This document shows positions 37,178-50,459 of a DNA stretch of 64,000 nucleotides, one piece after another. The position numbers were made by a program, and so were the translations under genes. The number at the start of each line of letters is the position of its first letter. Within the stretch, counting starts at the first letter, position 1. The notes beneath the pieces are model-generated. The model searched no databases and was not told the DNA's origin. It worked only from the letters and a program-made list of their open reading frames with translations. Source of the stretch: Selaginella moellendorffii (taxonomy: Eukaryota; Plantae; Lycopodiophyta); assembly GCF_000143415.4 (NCBI RefSeq), contig NW_003314263.1, positions 1,824,749 through 1,888,748 on the forward strand, read 5' to 3'.

Positions 37178-37285
37178 TCTATCTACACGGGGGGGTAAGC
37201 AAGCCAAAAGAAATCTCGGATCTTCTGCTAACCTTTGTTTCTTTCCTTTTCAAGGAATCAAAAAACTTGTGTATCATCACCATCT

Positions 37286-39688
37286 TCAGAAAACGTGGTC
37301 CGCGATCACGTAGACGTTGTCCGAGGTTAGTCTCACGTCCGAGAGAATGTAGACTCCACAATCGTGGGAATCAATCGCGACTTCGAAGCCATCCTGCTGT
37401 CGCTCGCTCCAATCTTCATGCTGAGGTATCAAGAAACAACGTTAAAGAGGCATCATTCAAAGTCGTATCAGCACCTTCCACAAATCTCGAACACAAACAG
37501 ACACTCCCGGCTCCAGTCCAAGATCAAACCAATTCACTTTGATGGCAACTCTTCGCCAATCTCGGTTCCAGAGCGCTAAAACTATTCTCTTGCCGGAGAG
37601 CGGCCCTGCCCAGACCTGTTGTTTCAAGGATCAACGCAAGAACAAAGATTTTCGCAGTGACGTCGTACCTCACGACATTTACAACGCCCCTGCCTGCTAA
37701 CTTTTCTAGCTTGAATCCCCAGTGGATCTATCACAGGAGAAATATAACGTGATTAAGTTTCCATGCAAAAGCACCTGTGCAAACCTTGGTTGATGTCGAT
37801 GATCTCTTTGTTTTTGTAGATTTCCAGGTGTTCCTCTCGGATTTTCCTGAGCTCACACCCGATGATCAGTGGCGCCTGTGACAAAATTTTAGCAACTTGG
37901 TGAAGTGAAGTGAATGAAACAAGTGAGAGCTCTTACTTTCATGATAGACCAGATGCTGAAATGCGACCGATACTCCGCCACACTCATGCGTCCGTTGCCA
38001 ACCTGAAGCATATCAGGATCTGGAGACCAGCTCTAAAAGTTTCAATACAAAAAACACACTCTTCAAGAACAAGCCAGCAGAAAAATCTCTCTTTTTTTTT
38101 CTCGTCTTTCTTTCTTCGTCTAGGAATGTAAAGAGACTGGGCAGCTTACCGTTCCATCCTCCAGGACCAGCATACGCTGCCCACATATTGTTGTCGTCGG
38201 CCAAAATCTGGATTCTGGAAGGAGAGAAAACATTGAACCACACACGGGGAAAAAAAAAAGGAGAACAAACTTATACCGGTCCCATCTGTCCTTGACATCT
38301 AAAGAAGTGCGCCACGAGTTTGCATACTTGCCTGCCCAGAGTGCGGGATGATCTTCACCCCTACGCACAAGAAAAAAGAAAAAAAAAGCATTGTAAACAA
38401 GATGAAGAAGAAGATGCACTCACCATTCGCAGATGGTATAGAATATCGGTCTTCCACTTTTGTTAAGAGCTTCGCTCATCACCGGGTAACTACAAGCAAG
38501 GAAAACCAGAAATAAAAAGCTTGAGCTCACGTTCAAAGCGTACCGAAGGTGCGGGTAGTAATGTTTTTTGTGGAAGCAATTGTCATACTTGAGATAGTCC
38601 ACGCCCTGGTTGAAAAATGAAACAAATGTGAGGTGGAGGAATCTGTCGCAGCTTTGAAAAACGTTTTATTTACCCATGAAGCGAATGTTTTGGCGTCCCG
38701 GATTTCGTGGTCCTCGGAGCCAGCTCGGTGTCCTATACAAGTTCTCCTTCTGCATCGACAATGAGATTCAATCTTAGGAGAAAAGCAAAACAACTTCGAC
38801 CAACCCTGCGTCCGAGTAAAGCCCGAACTTCAATCCTTTGCTATGCGCATAGTCTGCAAGTGCTTTCATTCCCGAAGGAAAAGTCGTTGGGTGCGACTTC
38901 AAATTCCCCTGTACACAAAGACAGACGGGGTTTTCATGAGAAGCTTCACTCCGTTTTTAACTCACCTGCTTATCGCGCTTATAAGCAGCCCAGCAATCAT
39001 CTAAACACAAGAAAATAGTACCTCAAAAAACCATGTGATTGAGATATATTACCAACAATGACGTAATTGTATCCGAGCTGATCGAGCCCGTGCCTGACCA
39101 GCGCATCAGCTGCCACAACAATAAGATAAGTCCTGTTGAAAAGAACAGAGCAAAAATAAGTGAAAGAAAGGTCTTACTGTTTCCGAAAACGATCTTCTCA
39201 TTGATCTTGCACTCGTATTTGTTCCAGCCGCTCCACCTAAATGCAACAGCGAACTCTCATCAGTCCCGCGAAGAAATTGGCTTCTCAAAATGCATGAAAA
39301 AAACCCATTTTTTTCTTGACACTCACCCCATGATCGGAGTTTTTCCCAACCCGTTGTCGTAGACCAGACGTCTTGGCAGCGGTACAGCGGCTGTCACGTT
39401 CCACTTCGTTTGCATCTTGCCATTACCCGAGCTGCCCAGCAGCCGCGACTGCGTCTTCCAGGTCAATAGCACGACCCCCAAAATCACACCACAGTTCCTC
39501 CACATCACAAAGTTCCGCCGGAGAGTCCCACCAATCCAATCTAGCAAGCTCCACGGCACCAGATGCTTGGAGATCCACTGCAGCCTCTTCACCCCTATCC
39601 GTTTCACCAAGAAACTCCTGCTCGAATCCAAAGCTCTGTCGATCCAACCCAGAACCAATCCTGCTACCAGCACAACGATGCTCCTCAT
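37286..39688 (-). CDS. AGAL: alpha-galactosidase, glycoside hydrolase family 27, multi-exon
   Basis: Signal peptide; [72 protein letters not shown]. Confidence 0.94.
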
Positions 39689-39972
39689 CGCTGGGCTACA
39701 GCTTCTAAGCCAAGAACGCGAGTCTCCTCCTCTTCCTTTGTAGAGCCCACTCACAACTTAAAAGCTCCGAAGGAAGTCTTGGGCGAATGTGACGACCGAT
39801 TGTGGTGGTCGGGCGAGACGAGGAAGAACTGTTGGACACGCGGGCAACCTGGTGGAGGCCGGCTTTCATTGGTGCCCGCGGATATTCCTAGTTCCGCGTC
39901 CCTGTAAGTCAAAAGCTCGATCGTGACAAATGGGGATAAACTACGAACTTGCCACCTTTATCTCTTTTTGAA

Positions 39973-40385
39973 TCAGTCGTCGTCCTCGTCGTTAGAGCCG
40001 CCCATCCCCGACTCGTCGACGACTTTGACATGGACTTCGTCGACTTTAGCTTTCTTAGCGGGACTTTGGAGAGGCTTCACCTTGACAAGGATGCTGGAGT
40101 GGGATGGTCGCTTTGCCAGTGTGATTCCGAAGGGAAGAATTCTCTCCATTTTTTGTGATGCTGCTGGGGAGTGGGAGCTGCCTCTTGCGATGCTTTGGCT
40201 ACTGCTGCCTGCTCGAGACAAACGTTTGTTTAGCTCAAGACACAAGGCTGCTCCATAGCTATGAAACACTCTTGCTTAGTTCTAGCGCTTCTTCCTTTCT
40301 ACTTGCTGGTCGTGTTCTCTTCTCACCTCCATTACTTTCCCAGAAAACTCCACGGGAGGAAAGATGTCAATCCTTTGCAAATTCA
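39973..40385 (-). pseudogene. inverted partial duplicate of the 3' half of the FAM192A-like gene
   Basis: KRPSHSSILVKVKPLQSPAKKAKV...DEDDD* matches 42780-43055; 5' exons are absent. Confidence 0.85.
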
Positions 40386-40675
40386 GAGTGAGGATATAAA
40401 CACAAAAGAAAGAAAGAAATGTTCTTAAAATTCTTTATCCTGTTCATTCAAAGGGGAAATCTTCCTCCACAGTAGAAATTCACTGCTAAAGAATATTCTT
40501 TGTTTCTTTTTCTTTGTTTTCATTGGTAATAAAAGGACAGGTTTTTCTACTCTCTTTTTTTCCATATCTCAGATTTAAGGAAATGAAATGACCATGTTAG
40601 TCCGCCGACAACTTTGGCCGAGCCTCGCTATAAAACCAGCCATTCCACAAGGGAAGTTATCGTCAAGCAGCAGCG

Positions 40676-41944
40676 ATGGCACTTGAATTCACCAAGTTCT
40701 TCCCAGCAGCGGTGCTTCTCATCGCGATCATCGCCTCCTTAGCTTCAGCGCAGTACAATTTGCCCAGCGTTCCAGCCCTGTTCATCCTCGGAGACGGCAC
40801 CGTCGATGCTGGAACCAACACGTATGTGAACTCTACGTACCAAGCCAGCGTTTCTCCATACGGCGAGACGTTCTTCGGCCACGCTGCTGGACGTTTTACC
40901 AATGGCCGGACGCTGGCGGATTTCCTGGCGCAGTCCCTCGGCCTCCCTCTCGTCCCGCCTTTCGTCCAGCCGCTGGGAGATCACAGGCACGGCGCGAACT
41001 TTGCCTCAGCTGGGAGTGGCCGGCTCGATTCAACCGGTGCTTCCAGAGGAGTCGTGAGCTTCAAGAAGCAGCTCCAGCAGCTGTCAAGTGTGATGGCGGT
41101 TTTCAAGTGGAGAGGCAAGAGCAACGCCGAGACGATGCTGAGCGAGTCCGTGTTCGTCATTTCCACTGGTGCCGATGATATTGCCAACTACATTGCACAG
41201 CCATCGATGAAGATTCCCGAGCAGCAGTTTGTCCAGAGCTTGATAGCCACCTACAAGTCAGGCATCGAGGTAAATGTCAAGTTTCTGGAGGTTTCTTTCC
41301 TCAAACCGTTTGGTGCTTTGCAGACGCTGTATAACCATGGAGCACGAAAGATAGTGGTGGTGGAACTTGGACCCGTGGGTTGCTTCCCGCAGTCAAAGCT
41401 AGCCGCATCTCGTTCGAGCCAGGGATTCAGGCGTTTCGACTGCTTGGAGGCAGCAAACACCTTGGCCAAGGACGTGAACACCGGACTTGACGATCTCGCC
41501 AAGACCCTGTCATCGCAACTCACGGGAATTCAGCTGATTGTTCTCAAGCCGTATGATCTCTTGATGAGCACAATACGCGTACCTAGAGCTTCTGGTAAGC
41601 GGTCTCGTTTCATGGTAGAAAATTCTTCTGACACTCGATTCGTTGGAACTTGAGTAGGATTCGTGAACAGTGTGGATGCGTGCTGTGGAGCTGGCCCTTT
41701 CAACGCTGCCGAGTCTTGCGCCGATTCCTACACACAGAGGACGTCTGAGTACCAGCCCTTTTTGTGTCCAAACCCGGCAACTTACATGTTTTTCGATGCT
41801 GCTCACTTCAGCGAGGCCGCCTACTTGATGATGTTTAAGAACTTTTGGCACGGAGACCAGAGCATCGCTACCCCGTTCAACCTCAAGGACTTGTTTGCAG
41901 GCAATGCTGTTCCATTCCCACCTCTGCCACCAAGATTTACTTAG
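40676..41944 (+). CDS. GDSL/SGNH esterase-lipase family protein lacking the catalytic Ser; 3 exons
   Basis: Signal peptide; block I LFILGDGTVDAG, GRFTNGR, GANFASAGSG, block III STGADD, block V FFDAAHFSE. TATAAAA at 40629. Confidence 0.93.
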
Positions 41945-42154
41945 GCTGAGAGTTCAGTGAATCGAGTTCTTCACTTATCCTCTTCATTTTCGTTTCTTTG
42001 AAGCGAGCTTCTCAATCGTATCTCCATTGAAAAATAATGCTAAACTCCCGCTCAAGGCTTCCTAGGAAACCCTAAAATGCCGTTAAACCCCTCTTTTTTC
42101 CCTTCCAATCCAAATAAATATATGCTCTCTGTTTTTAGGTTTAGGGCAAAAGCT

Positions 42155-43055
42155 ATGGAGCAACAACAGCAGCCAGTGCGCTTGATGCAGTTCATCTCCG
42201 AGAGTAAGGTGGGATGCATCAAATCTCGAGCCATGGCTCCCTCCATCACTCTATGCATTCTCTATCCAGTTGGAAGAGCTCAAATCTTCGCGTGGAGCCA
42301 CAATTCAGGATGGAACGCTGGCGCCTGAGAGGCCATTGCACGAGGTTTGGCGTGTGCTTTTATCTTATATTTCCTTCTCCCTTGTCCTTCTAGATTCTCA
42401 GGGAGAACAAGCAAAAGCAGGATAAAGAGTTCAAAGAACGCTTCAAGCACCGTGAGAGTTTTTTTTTTTTTTTTTTTCTGTGTGTTTGTGTTAACTTGGC
42501 TCACACTGAATGTGTAACAGAACCACCGAAAGCGTTGGATCCAGAGGAGATGGAGTTTCTGGAAGGGATTGACAAGGTTCTTCCTTCTTTTCTTTTCGCC
42601 CTTGGATTTTTTCGTTTTCTCGACTTACTGAGAAAGTAATGTAGGTGAAAAGAGAACACGACCGGCAAGTAGCAAAGGAAGAAGCGCTAGAACTAAGCAA
42701 CTTTGACGTGAGTGAGCTTGGGTTTTATAGGCTTTCTTTCTTGAGCTAAAGTCGCGAGCAGGCGGCGGTAGCGAAGAGAATGCAAGCATCACAAGAGGCA
42801 GCTCCCACTCCCCAGCCAAAAAAGAGAGAGGCCGTGGTAAGAAACCAAGTTTCGTTCTTTCCTTGGAATCACACTCTACAGGCAGGGCCAAAGCGACCGT
42901 CCCACTCCAGCATCTTTGTCAAGGTGAAGCCTCTCCAAGGCCCCGCTAAGAAAGCTAAAGTCGAAGAAGGCCTCGTCGAGCAAGAGAGCAAGCCGGGGAT
43001 CATGGCTGGACTGGTCGCTGCTTATGGCGACGCTGACGACGAGGACGACGACTGA
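42155..43055 (+). CDS. FAM192A/NIP30 (PSME3-interacting protein)-like nuclear protein, multi-exon
   Basis: RLMQFISE, RPLHEILRENKQKQDKEFKERFKH, PPKALDPEEMEFL, C-terminal GLVAAYGDADDEDDD. Confidence 0.8.
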
Positions 43056-44286
43056 ATCAAAGAAGAGATAGAGATCTATGTCACGATCGAGCTTCTGACT
43101 TGCAGGGACGAAGAACTAGGAAATATGCGGGCTCTAGTTCTTTCTCGTCCCTTCCATTCGGTCGTCTCGTCCGCCCAAGACTTCATTGGAGCTTAAGGAA
43201 GTGGAGGAGACTTAGAAGTTGTACCTCATCGTCTGCGCAGATGCCAATGTTCGGGAAGAGGAAGAGACCTGACTTCCTGTTTCAGTACGTCGACTTTGTG
43301 TTCATGTTTGGGGAGGGTAAAGCAGACGGCGACGATTTCGTGGTGGCTGTACACGAGATCTCGTCCAAGCTTCAATAAGGTGCCTAGCTGGGCGCTCGGG
43401 AACATCAAGAATGTGCTCGCGTTGGCATGACATGCCAGCTCTTTGTCAAAAGCGCTTCAGGTCTTGAGGTAGAGCCACTAGGCCCTGCGTACAACTTCAA
43501 CCTTATTGACGACGTGCCAAGCTTGTTCTGCATTCCTTCAAGCTCTACTTCCTATGCTTGAGTATCTGCAGGACATGGTACCTAGCGGGTATGTTTTCTT
43601 TGTATGTCAACCTTTTTATTCTTGATTCTTTCTCAGAATGCTGCTGCTCTTCAAAAAACACGAGAGGGCATTAGCTTGACGGCGAGGGATGCATAAAGAG
43701 CATTGACAATTGGGTGGTTTACAAAAAAAAGTATGGGACTGTTAAATCACACATTGAAAGGGCATACAATGTCGGTGTTCAGCAGCTCGTTTCTGCTGCG
43801 GCGATGCCAACAGTTTCTTTGAACGGGGTGTACATGGTCCGAACCCATTCATTGGGAATCCCAAGGTTACATCGGAGGACGAGTGCATGAAGCTTGCGCG
43901 GGAATGCCTAGTGCTCTGGCTGGTCTTCACAAGCTGGAGGTGGTTCATTGCGATGTGAGACTGGACAGCATGATCTGGTCTCCTGTGCTACGTGCTTATT
44001 GACTTAGAGCTTGTTGGCACCAAGATGGTGTAGTTGCACTCCGGCTGCAGCTTGAGCTTGAGCTTCTCGAACACCTTGCCAAGGTGATGTCTTTGTGTAC
44101 TAAGGTTGTAGGTGTAAAGCAGAGCATTTGTGCAGGCCCTCAAGAGTGATGGCTCTACTACTGAGAAAATGCTTTCCCATTTGTGGTTGTTGAGCTCAGA
44201 GTAGTAGAATGGATTGATGCTAGAGTACGGCCTAATCCATGATACTAAAATTAAAGGAGTTCAATTTATAATATATTATTTTTCCA

Positions 44287-44727
44287 CTAATAGTAATTAC
44301 ATAATTTTTTAGAAAAATTAATAATATAACTGTTATGACAACATTGTGATTGTGTTTTAGAAGCAAAAAGAAAAGCTTTACAATAGTCACAATGTTTATC
44401 CATGAGACCAATATAATCTGCTTCAAATTTAGCATCTTTGTTGTTTTGCAAGAATCCTAAATTTTTAGTATTTTCCATGCTTTCTGTTCCATTTCCAAGA
44501 TTTACTTCATTAATAGGTAAGGTAATAAATTCAACAATGTTTCTTGAAGCGTTTCCTATAGGTATCAATCTTGGAATTGTTGGGGGTTCTTCAAATGAAA
44601 CCAAGTTTGTCACACTTTCAATGCTTTTATTCATATATAGAGATGAATTCAAACTTACTGAACTTCCATTTAATATATAGCATTCATGTAAAATTAGATC
44701 ACATGTTCCTCTTTCTTCTGCCACCAA
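44287..44727 (-). mobile_element. Helitron RepHel N-terminal fragment
   Basis: YIGLMDKHCDYCKAFLF...QCCHN fits the GxMxxxCxxCxAxxF...CC zinc motif of Helitron Rep proteins. Confidence 0.6.
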
Positions 44728-45074
44728 TTGATCTATAAAATCTCTTTTAGAAAATCAGCATATGCAAGCTCTAGACGGTGAAAATAAGCAAATAGACAAA
44801 TAGCCAAACCACAAGAAAATAGAAGCACATTACCTCTTGACAAATATGTGAGGCAACCTAATTATGTAATCCTTTTTACTGTGATTCAAAACAGTTTTTT
44901 TCAGCCCACGTGACTAATTAGCTACACTTTCTAAAAGCCTTTGACAGTAAAGAGTTTTACGACAGCTCACAGGATTTATTCTGCCCTAATGCCAGTTTAC
45001 TTTGGTCTTGCAACAGGTCATGCAGTTTAGGCAAGAAACTACAACAAATGTGATCAAAAGTCAGCAGTAATCAC

Positions 45075-45270
45075 CTCGAGGCTGTGGTGTGACAACCAGA
45101 GCTACATCATTTTTGGCTAGCAGCCTAGCTAACATTTCTACTTCGACATTCAAAGTATGAAGACAAGAGTTTTCAGATAGCATACTATGGCGCATGAGAC
45201 ATAGTGGCTGATATCTTCACCAAGTCCTTGGTTTGTGATTGTTTTCTTCAGTATTGACGGTCTCTACTTG
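45075..45270 (+). mobile_element. Ty1/copia RNase H fragment
   Basis: LWCDNQS (~45083) and VADIFTKSL (45204-45230). Confidence 0.7.
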
Positions 45271-46421
45271 TTAAGGAGTTCCAATCTGCTTGTTTAAAAA
45301 AGCAAGACATAAGCAACCACTTGTCCACTCCAATCCAAGTCTACTGTCCTTATCAACAACCTCTCCACTTTGAAGAAATTACACCACTCAATTTCATGTG
45401 GTAATACATTTATTGCCTCAGACAGCAAAGGAAAATTCTAAGAACCTTTAACTCTTACATACAGCAAGAGTAACAAACAAACACTTCTTTTCTCTACCCA
45501 GCCAACATTACCAATTTTATCATGAACACAATCATCGTCCAATTGCATATCCTATAGTTGTTTGTCTGGGACTCCTCGTTCTTATGCTTGCAGCTGGAGG
45601 TGGCACGGGGGTTGGTTCTGAGGAATCCTGATTCTTCAAGATCTCCAACTTTGTCACAAAGCTTCTCCAGCAGGATTTTCTTGCAGGAGAATGAGGCCTT
45701 GACATACTCTGTCGAAGCCGACAGGTCTACTATCTCAAGCAAAAAACAGAGCACGAGGCTTCCGCACCAGTTTGAAATCAAGCCACTCTTTTTATATTGA
45801 GGAGGCACATACTTTCTTTGCCAAAAAAACTTTTAGATGATATTTGGTTTGAGTTCCAGTGCAATATGTCAAAGAAAACCATTGAAATAAAACCAATTTT
45901 GCCACTTTATTCCTTTCAAAACTTCGGGTACTTATACAAATTGTCACTCCTGCAGATGATCTTGGGAGTCTTATTTACTCTTTTTTTATAATTCTGTTCC
46001 TGAATATGTGACTCTCATGTCGAGAATCCACACACTGACGCCCTGCATCAAACCGTATATAAGCCACAAGAATTTACATGATGGTCCTGGAAGAGCTATA
46101 TCGAGACACAAAGATCATCTAGATCAAGACATGTTTTCAGACCCATAGACTGGAACCTCCTAAGCAATGGTCACTCAAATTGGGGCTCATCAACTGTTGG
46201 CTTGAGACCTCTGGACCCTGGACACAACCTCCCCTTCATAGAAGCCCTAGCTCTCTTCCTCTTCAGCTTATGTCGGCCTCTCACTGATTCAATCATCTTT
46301 TCATTTGTACAAAGACTTGAGTTGTCTGCTCCTATGTCATGCAGACACTAACCTCTTCACTCCAATCTTCTTCCAGGACAGTCGGGCAAAAGATTTATTA
46401 GATTTTGCAAACAGTCATCGC

Positions 46422-47158
46422 TCACTTGCTCGCAAAGCGAACCCGAATAAACTCCTTGAGCTTCTCGACTTGCGGCAGCGCCGCTTTGGCCGAGGGATGC
46501 TCGGACACGGCCGCCAAGAGCTTGTGGAAACGCGGGCATTTCGCGGGCTTTAAGCCCATCACTTGCTCAACTCCTGGGATCCACACCGCATAGGGTGCCA
46601 GCAGCACATCCAAGAACGACATGCTCGCGCCACCAAAGAAGGGGCCCACTTCCTCACTGCCCAGCTCCGCCAGAGCTCCCTCGATAAGCAAACAGTTTTG
46701 GTTGAACTCCTCGTTCACGGCCGCGTCATCGTTACTACGCAAGAATCGTATCCAGGAGTCGGAAAGCTGTGTGATCGATAAGCAAGAAGAGTATGAAACC
46801 CGTAGCAGCAGATTTCTAGTAAGAGAATCCATACCTTTTTGTCGATGAAATCGCTCCAGAAGCGGTGCTGTGCGCGAAGGAATGCGTCCTGAGGCAAGAG
46901 TGGGCTTGTTTCGGGCCAGACCTCGTCGATGTAGTGGACAATGATGGCCGATTCCAGGATGGGCTTGCCCTTGTGGATGAGAACGGGGATCTTCTTGTGA
47001 ACTGGATTGGATTCGAGCAGGATCTTGCTCTTGTTGCCAAGGTCTTGGGGGAGATCTTCGTGCTCGATGCCTTTGAGCGCTAGTGCAAGCTTGACTCGCA
47101 TGGAATAGGGGCTGGGCCAAGCGCTGAGCAGTGTCACCTCTTGATCGCGAGAAGCCAT
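46422..47158 (-). CDS. GSTU: tau-class glutathione S-transferase copy 3 (exons 47158-46835, 46766-46422)
   Basis: Near-identical to copies 1 and 2, including the intron and ~500 bp of upstream DNA. Confidence 0.95.
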
Positions 47159-47899
47159 GGCTGGAAAATTGAGAAGGAAAATTGGAAATGCGAATGGAAT
47201 GAGGTTTGATCGAATGAAGCGTTTTATAACATAAAGAGCGTGTTTAAGGTGGCTCCTACGTGAATTTCCGAGAAGGCAGAGGAGAAGGCTGAAGGTAACA
47301 GGCTTGAACTTTAAAAAATCGATTTGATTTTAACTTTGGTCCTTCCATGAGCCTGAAGCTTAGGCCAGTCTTCAGGGTGATTGTATCCAACAAGCAGAGC
47401 TCAAGCCTAGGCATTAGCAATCGTCTCATGGCATGTCCAGAAATTCTTGGAACACTTTATTGGCTTTTTATTTTTGCTTGTTTTTTGTAGTAACTTGTGA
47501 TCTCGAACACGATCTCTCCTGGAATTTGGTGGAGCCTTCTGTTAAGAGTATCAAGATGTCAGGCATTATAACTTGCAAAATCACGAGTATGGTCCACCCA
47601 GTGTTGCCCAAAGTCATCATTAAACCGAGAATGATCCTGTTCTTGAGGAAATAATTTACTGCAAACGTTTGGTTTAAGATTAGCTTAGCTAACCTATAAT
47701 CTGGACCATTGATTCTGTACATGTACATTAATTGAATTTGTCACTGAAGCTATATGGTGTAGAATATTTGATATGTTAGCTTAGTGATGCTTCTCTTATC
47801 TCTTAGTGGCTCTTTGCTTGCAAATAATAACTTTACAATACAAAGCAAGCATGCAGAAGTGACCCAACCTTGCATATATTGATATGGTATTTCCAAATA

Positions 47900-50459
47900 C
47901 CCTTATTTTGAGATGCTCGAACACTATTAAAAAACTTGAAACAAGAAAACCCATGTCCACATAGAGAACAGAACCATACTCCAATCCAAACCACATTTAA
48001 AATGCTCACGATGTCTAAATGTTACTCTTAGTCACACTCCAAAAATATTGTTAAACAATCCTCAAGGGGTGGGATGATGCCCAACCTAACCATCATTCCC
48101 TCTTATTATCTAGCCTTGAAATAGTGTTAAGAGCTTTTTGTTAAAAGAAAGGGAAATAAGAAAAATACTAATAAAATACTAATGATGGAGAAGAAAAGAT
48201 GGATTGTATTGAATATTTTAAATATAAAATTATTAAAACCCTACTTTTATAAGGCTTAGAAATAGTAAATCTTGAGCTCAAATCCCATGAACAAAGGTTT
48301 AAGATTTGATTTCTATTGTAGCTAGAAGTGATGAATATACTTTTCAATAAATACAAAGAAATAGCAAATACATAACACCCTTTTTGATGTCAAGCATTGG
48401 AGTGGTGTAAGACTAAACTTGAATGGATATCATCAATAAAAATTTCCAACCAACCCATAAGTATGAACAAGATGAAAAGTAGGCTAATCACTAAAAGAAT
48501 ACCCAAATCAATTAACTAAGGAATAGAATTTGCAATGTTAGTACTTTGAGTAGCAACCTCAAACTCTTGCTTACTAGCAATAACCTCTAGAGGAGGTGGT
48601 GGTGGAATATAAATGGGATTAAAAGAGGTATAATAAAATTGTAATAAAAAAATATGGAATATCAAATATAAATGCATGAATATTGAAAGATTGAGCCAAT
48701 AAATAACTTCAAAGGTGCAAAAGAGCACAAATAAAAGACCTAAACATTAATAATTCAACTTATTGCAAGGACATGTGGTCTTCTAATAATGACAAAGAAG
48801 CCAAACTTTTGATCCAGTTAAAAAAGAAGGACTAGGTTGCCAAAAACAATTAACAACATAGTGATGAGTAACTTGAGTATAAAAAGGTGATAATAAACCT
48901 TTTTTATGAAGAAAATTTATTGCAATAGCATGAACAACAATAAATCATTTGCAAGATCAAGTAAACTCTTGATCATCACTAAATTTTTTTAATACTCTAT
49001 AAATGTGGAAAATCTCTTTGTAAATAAGCTCAGCTAATTGCTTTTCATCAATGGTATTGCGATATGGTAATAAATTAAAAAACCAATTGAACATAATAAA
49101 GAAATTGTAAAATCCTTAAGAAAATGGAAAATCATTAATGAAATCCATAAAGATAGATTTCCAAAGCTCTAGAGCAAGGGGAAGATTTGATTTCTATTAT
49201 TAGAAGGAGAGTAATTTTGGAGAAGTTTAAAATGAAACATTGGTAAAAGTTCATAAACAAAGAAGATAAAACAGAACATATCGTAGCATTTTGATTTGCT
49301 AATATATATTGCAACTATAGATAATATTTTCAACATACTTACACAAATAAGGTTGTATTTCACAATTGTGTATATATAACTATATTTTATTATTTTTAGA
49401 GAGAGAGAGATAGAGAGATAAAAGCCTAATATATATGTAAATGCCCCAAAATTGAAGAAATTGATATTCATCATATTAGACTATTGAACCACCAAATGAA
49501 ATTAAGAGGAGCAGAGAATTGTATAAATAAGTTAATCTAAAAGTAAGAAAAATCAAGAAGAGTTTGATGCTAAAGGCAAAATATAAAGTTTTTAAGATAA
49601 TTATATCAAGTAAAAGCATTATTTTACCCATTCACTTTCTCTAAATAATGTATAATAGCAATTTAGAAATAGAATAATGATTACAACCACTAAGCCTAAT
49701 ACCAAGTAAGGATGTCTATTAAATACTAATATTGAAGGTTTTTGTGATCATTATATACAGTGGTTATATAGAGAGAATCTTTAAGGAAATGACTCTAAGC
49801 TTTAAAATAGTCCTTCAAAATAATGGTTATATAGAGAGAATCTTTAAGAAAATGACTCTAAACTTCAAAATAATCCTTCAAAATAATGGTTATATAGAGA
49901 GAATTTTTAAGGAAATGACTCTAAGTTTCAATTATAAACAACTCTCTATTAAAAATGTTATAATTAATCTATACTTTTAAGAGTGGAAAGCAATCAAGTA
50001 AACCTTATTATTTGATCTTTTTTATAACAAAACAATGTTCAAAGTAAAATTTGAATCATATGGCTCAATGAAATATAATTTCATATTCCAAATTAATGGG
50101 AACTAGAATAGAAGTGAATATAACTTTAGGAGATTAAAAAACCATATAAAATAGGCATTCTTTGGTGAATTACATTAAAAGGAAAGTAATTTTGGAGAAG
50201 TCTTAAATGAAACATTGGTAAAGTTCACAAAGCCAAAAAATCATTTGACATCATGACCAAAAGCTAGGTATTATTATTCAAGAATGGTGAAAACTTTAAT
50301 AAGATCTATAATGATGTTGTATAAAGAAATGATATAGCCTAAAAATTCCATTGAATCTTAATATTTTTCCAACATTGCAAAACTACTATATTGTTGAAAG
50401 CATTAGGCAAATATAATGGTCAAAATTTTATTGAGTCTTAAAGAAAATAAAAAAGTCAT
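47900..50459 (-). mobile_element. decayed gypsy (Tcn1-like) remnants: RT C-terminal part and RNase H; left boundary approximate
   Basis: FFIFFKTQ...MEFLGYIIS...KVFTILE (50280-50454) and VYNDHKNLQY (~49730-49760). Confidence 0.65.
49761..49931 (+). repeat. 63-bp tandem repeat, ~2.7 copies, within the RNase H relic
   Basis: tggttatatagagagaat... starts at 49761, 49824 and 49887. Confidence 0.9.

Noticed and set aside
43241-44230. Possible degenerate PPR or other gene relic downstream of FAM192A
   Set aside because: Only faint motif resemblance, many stops, and no supportable gene model.
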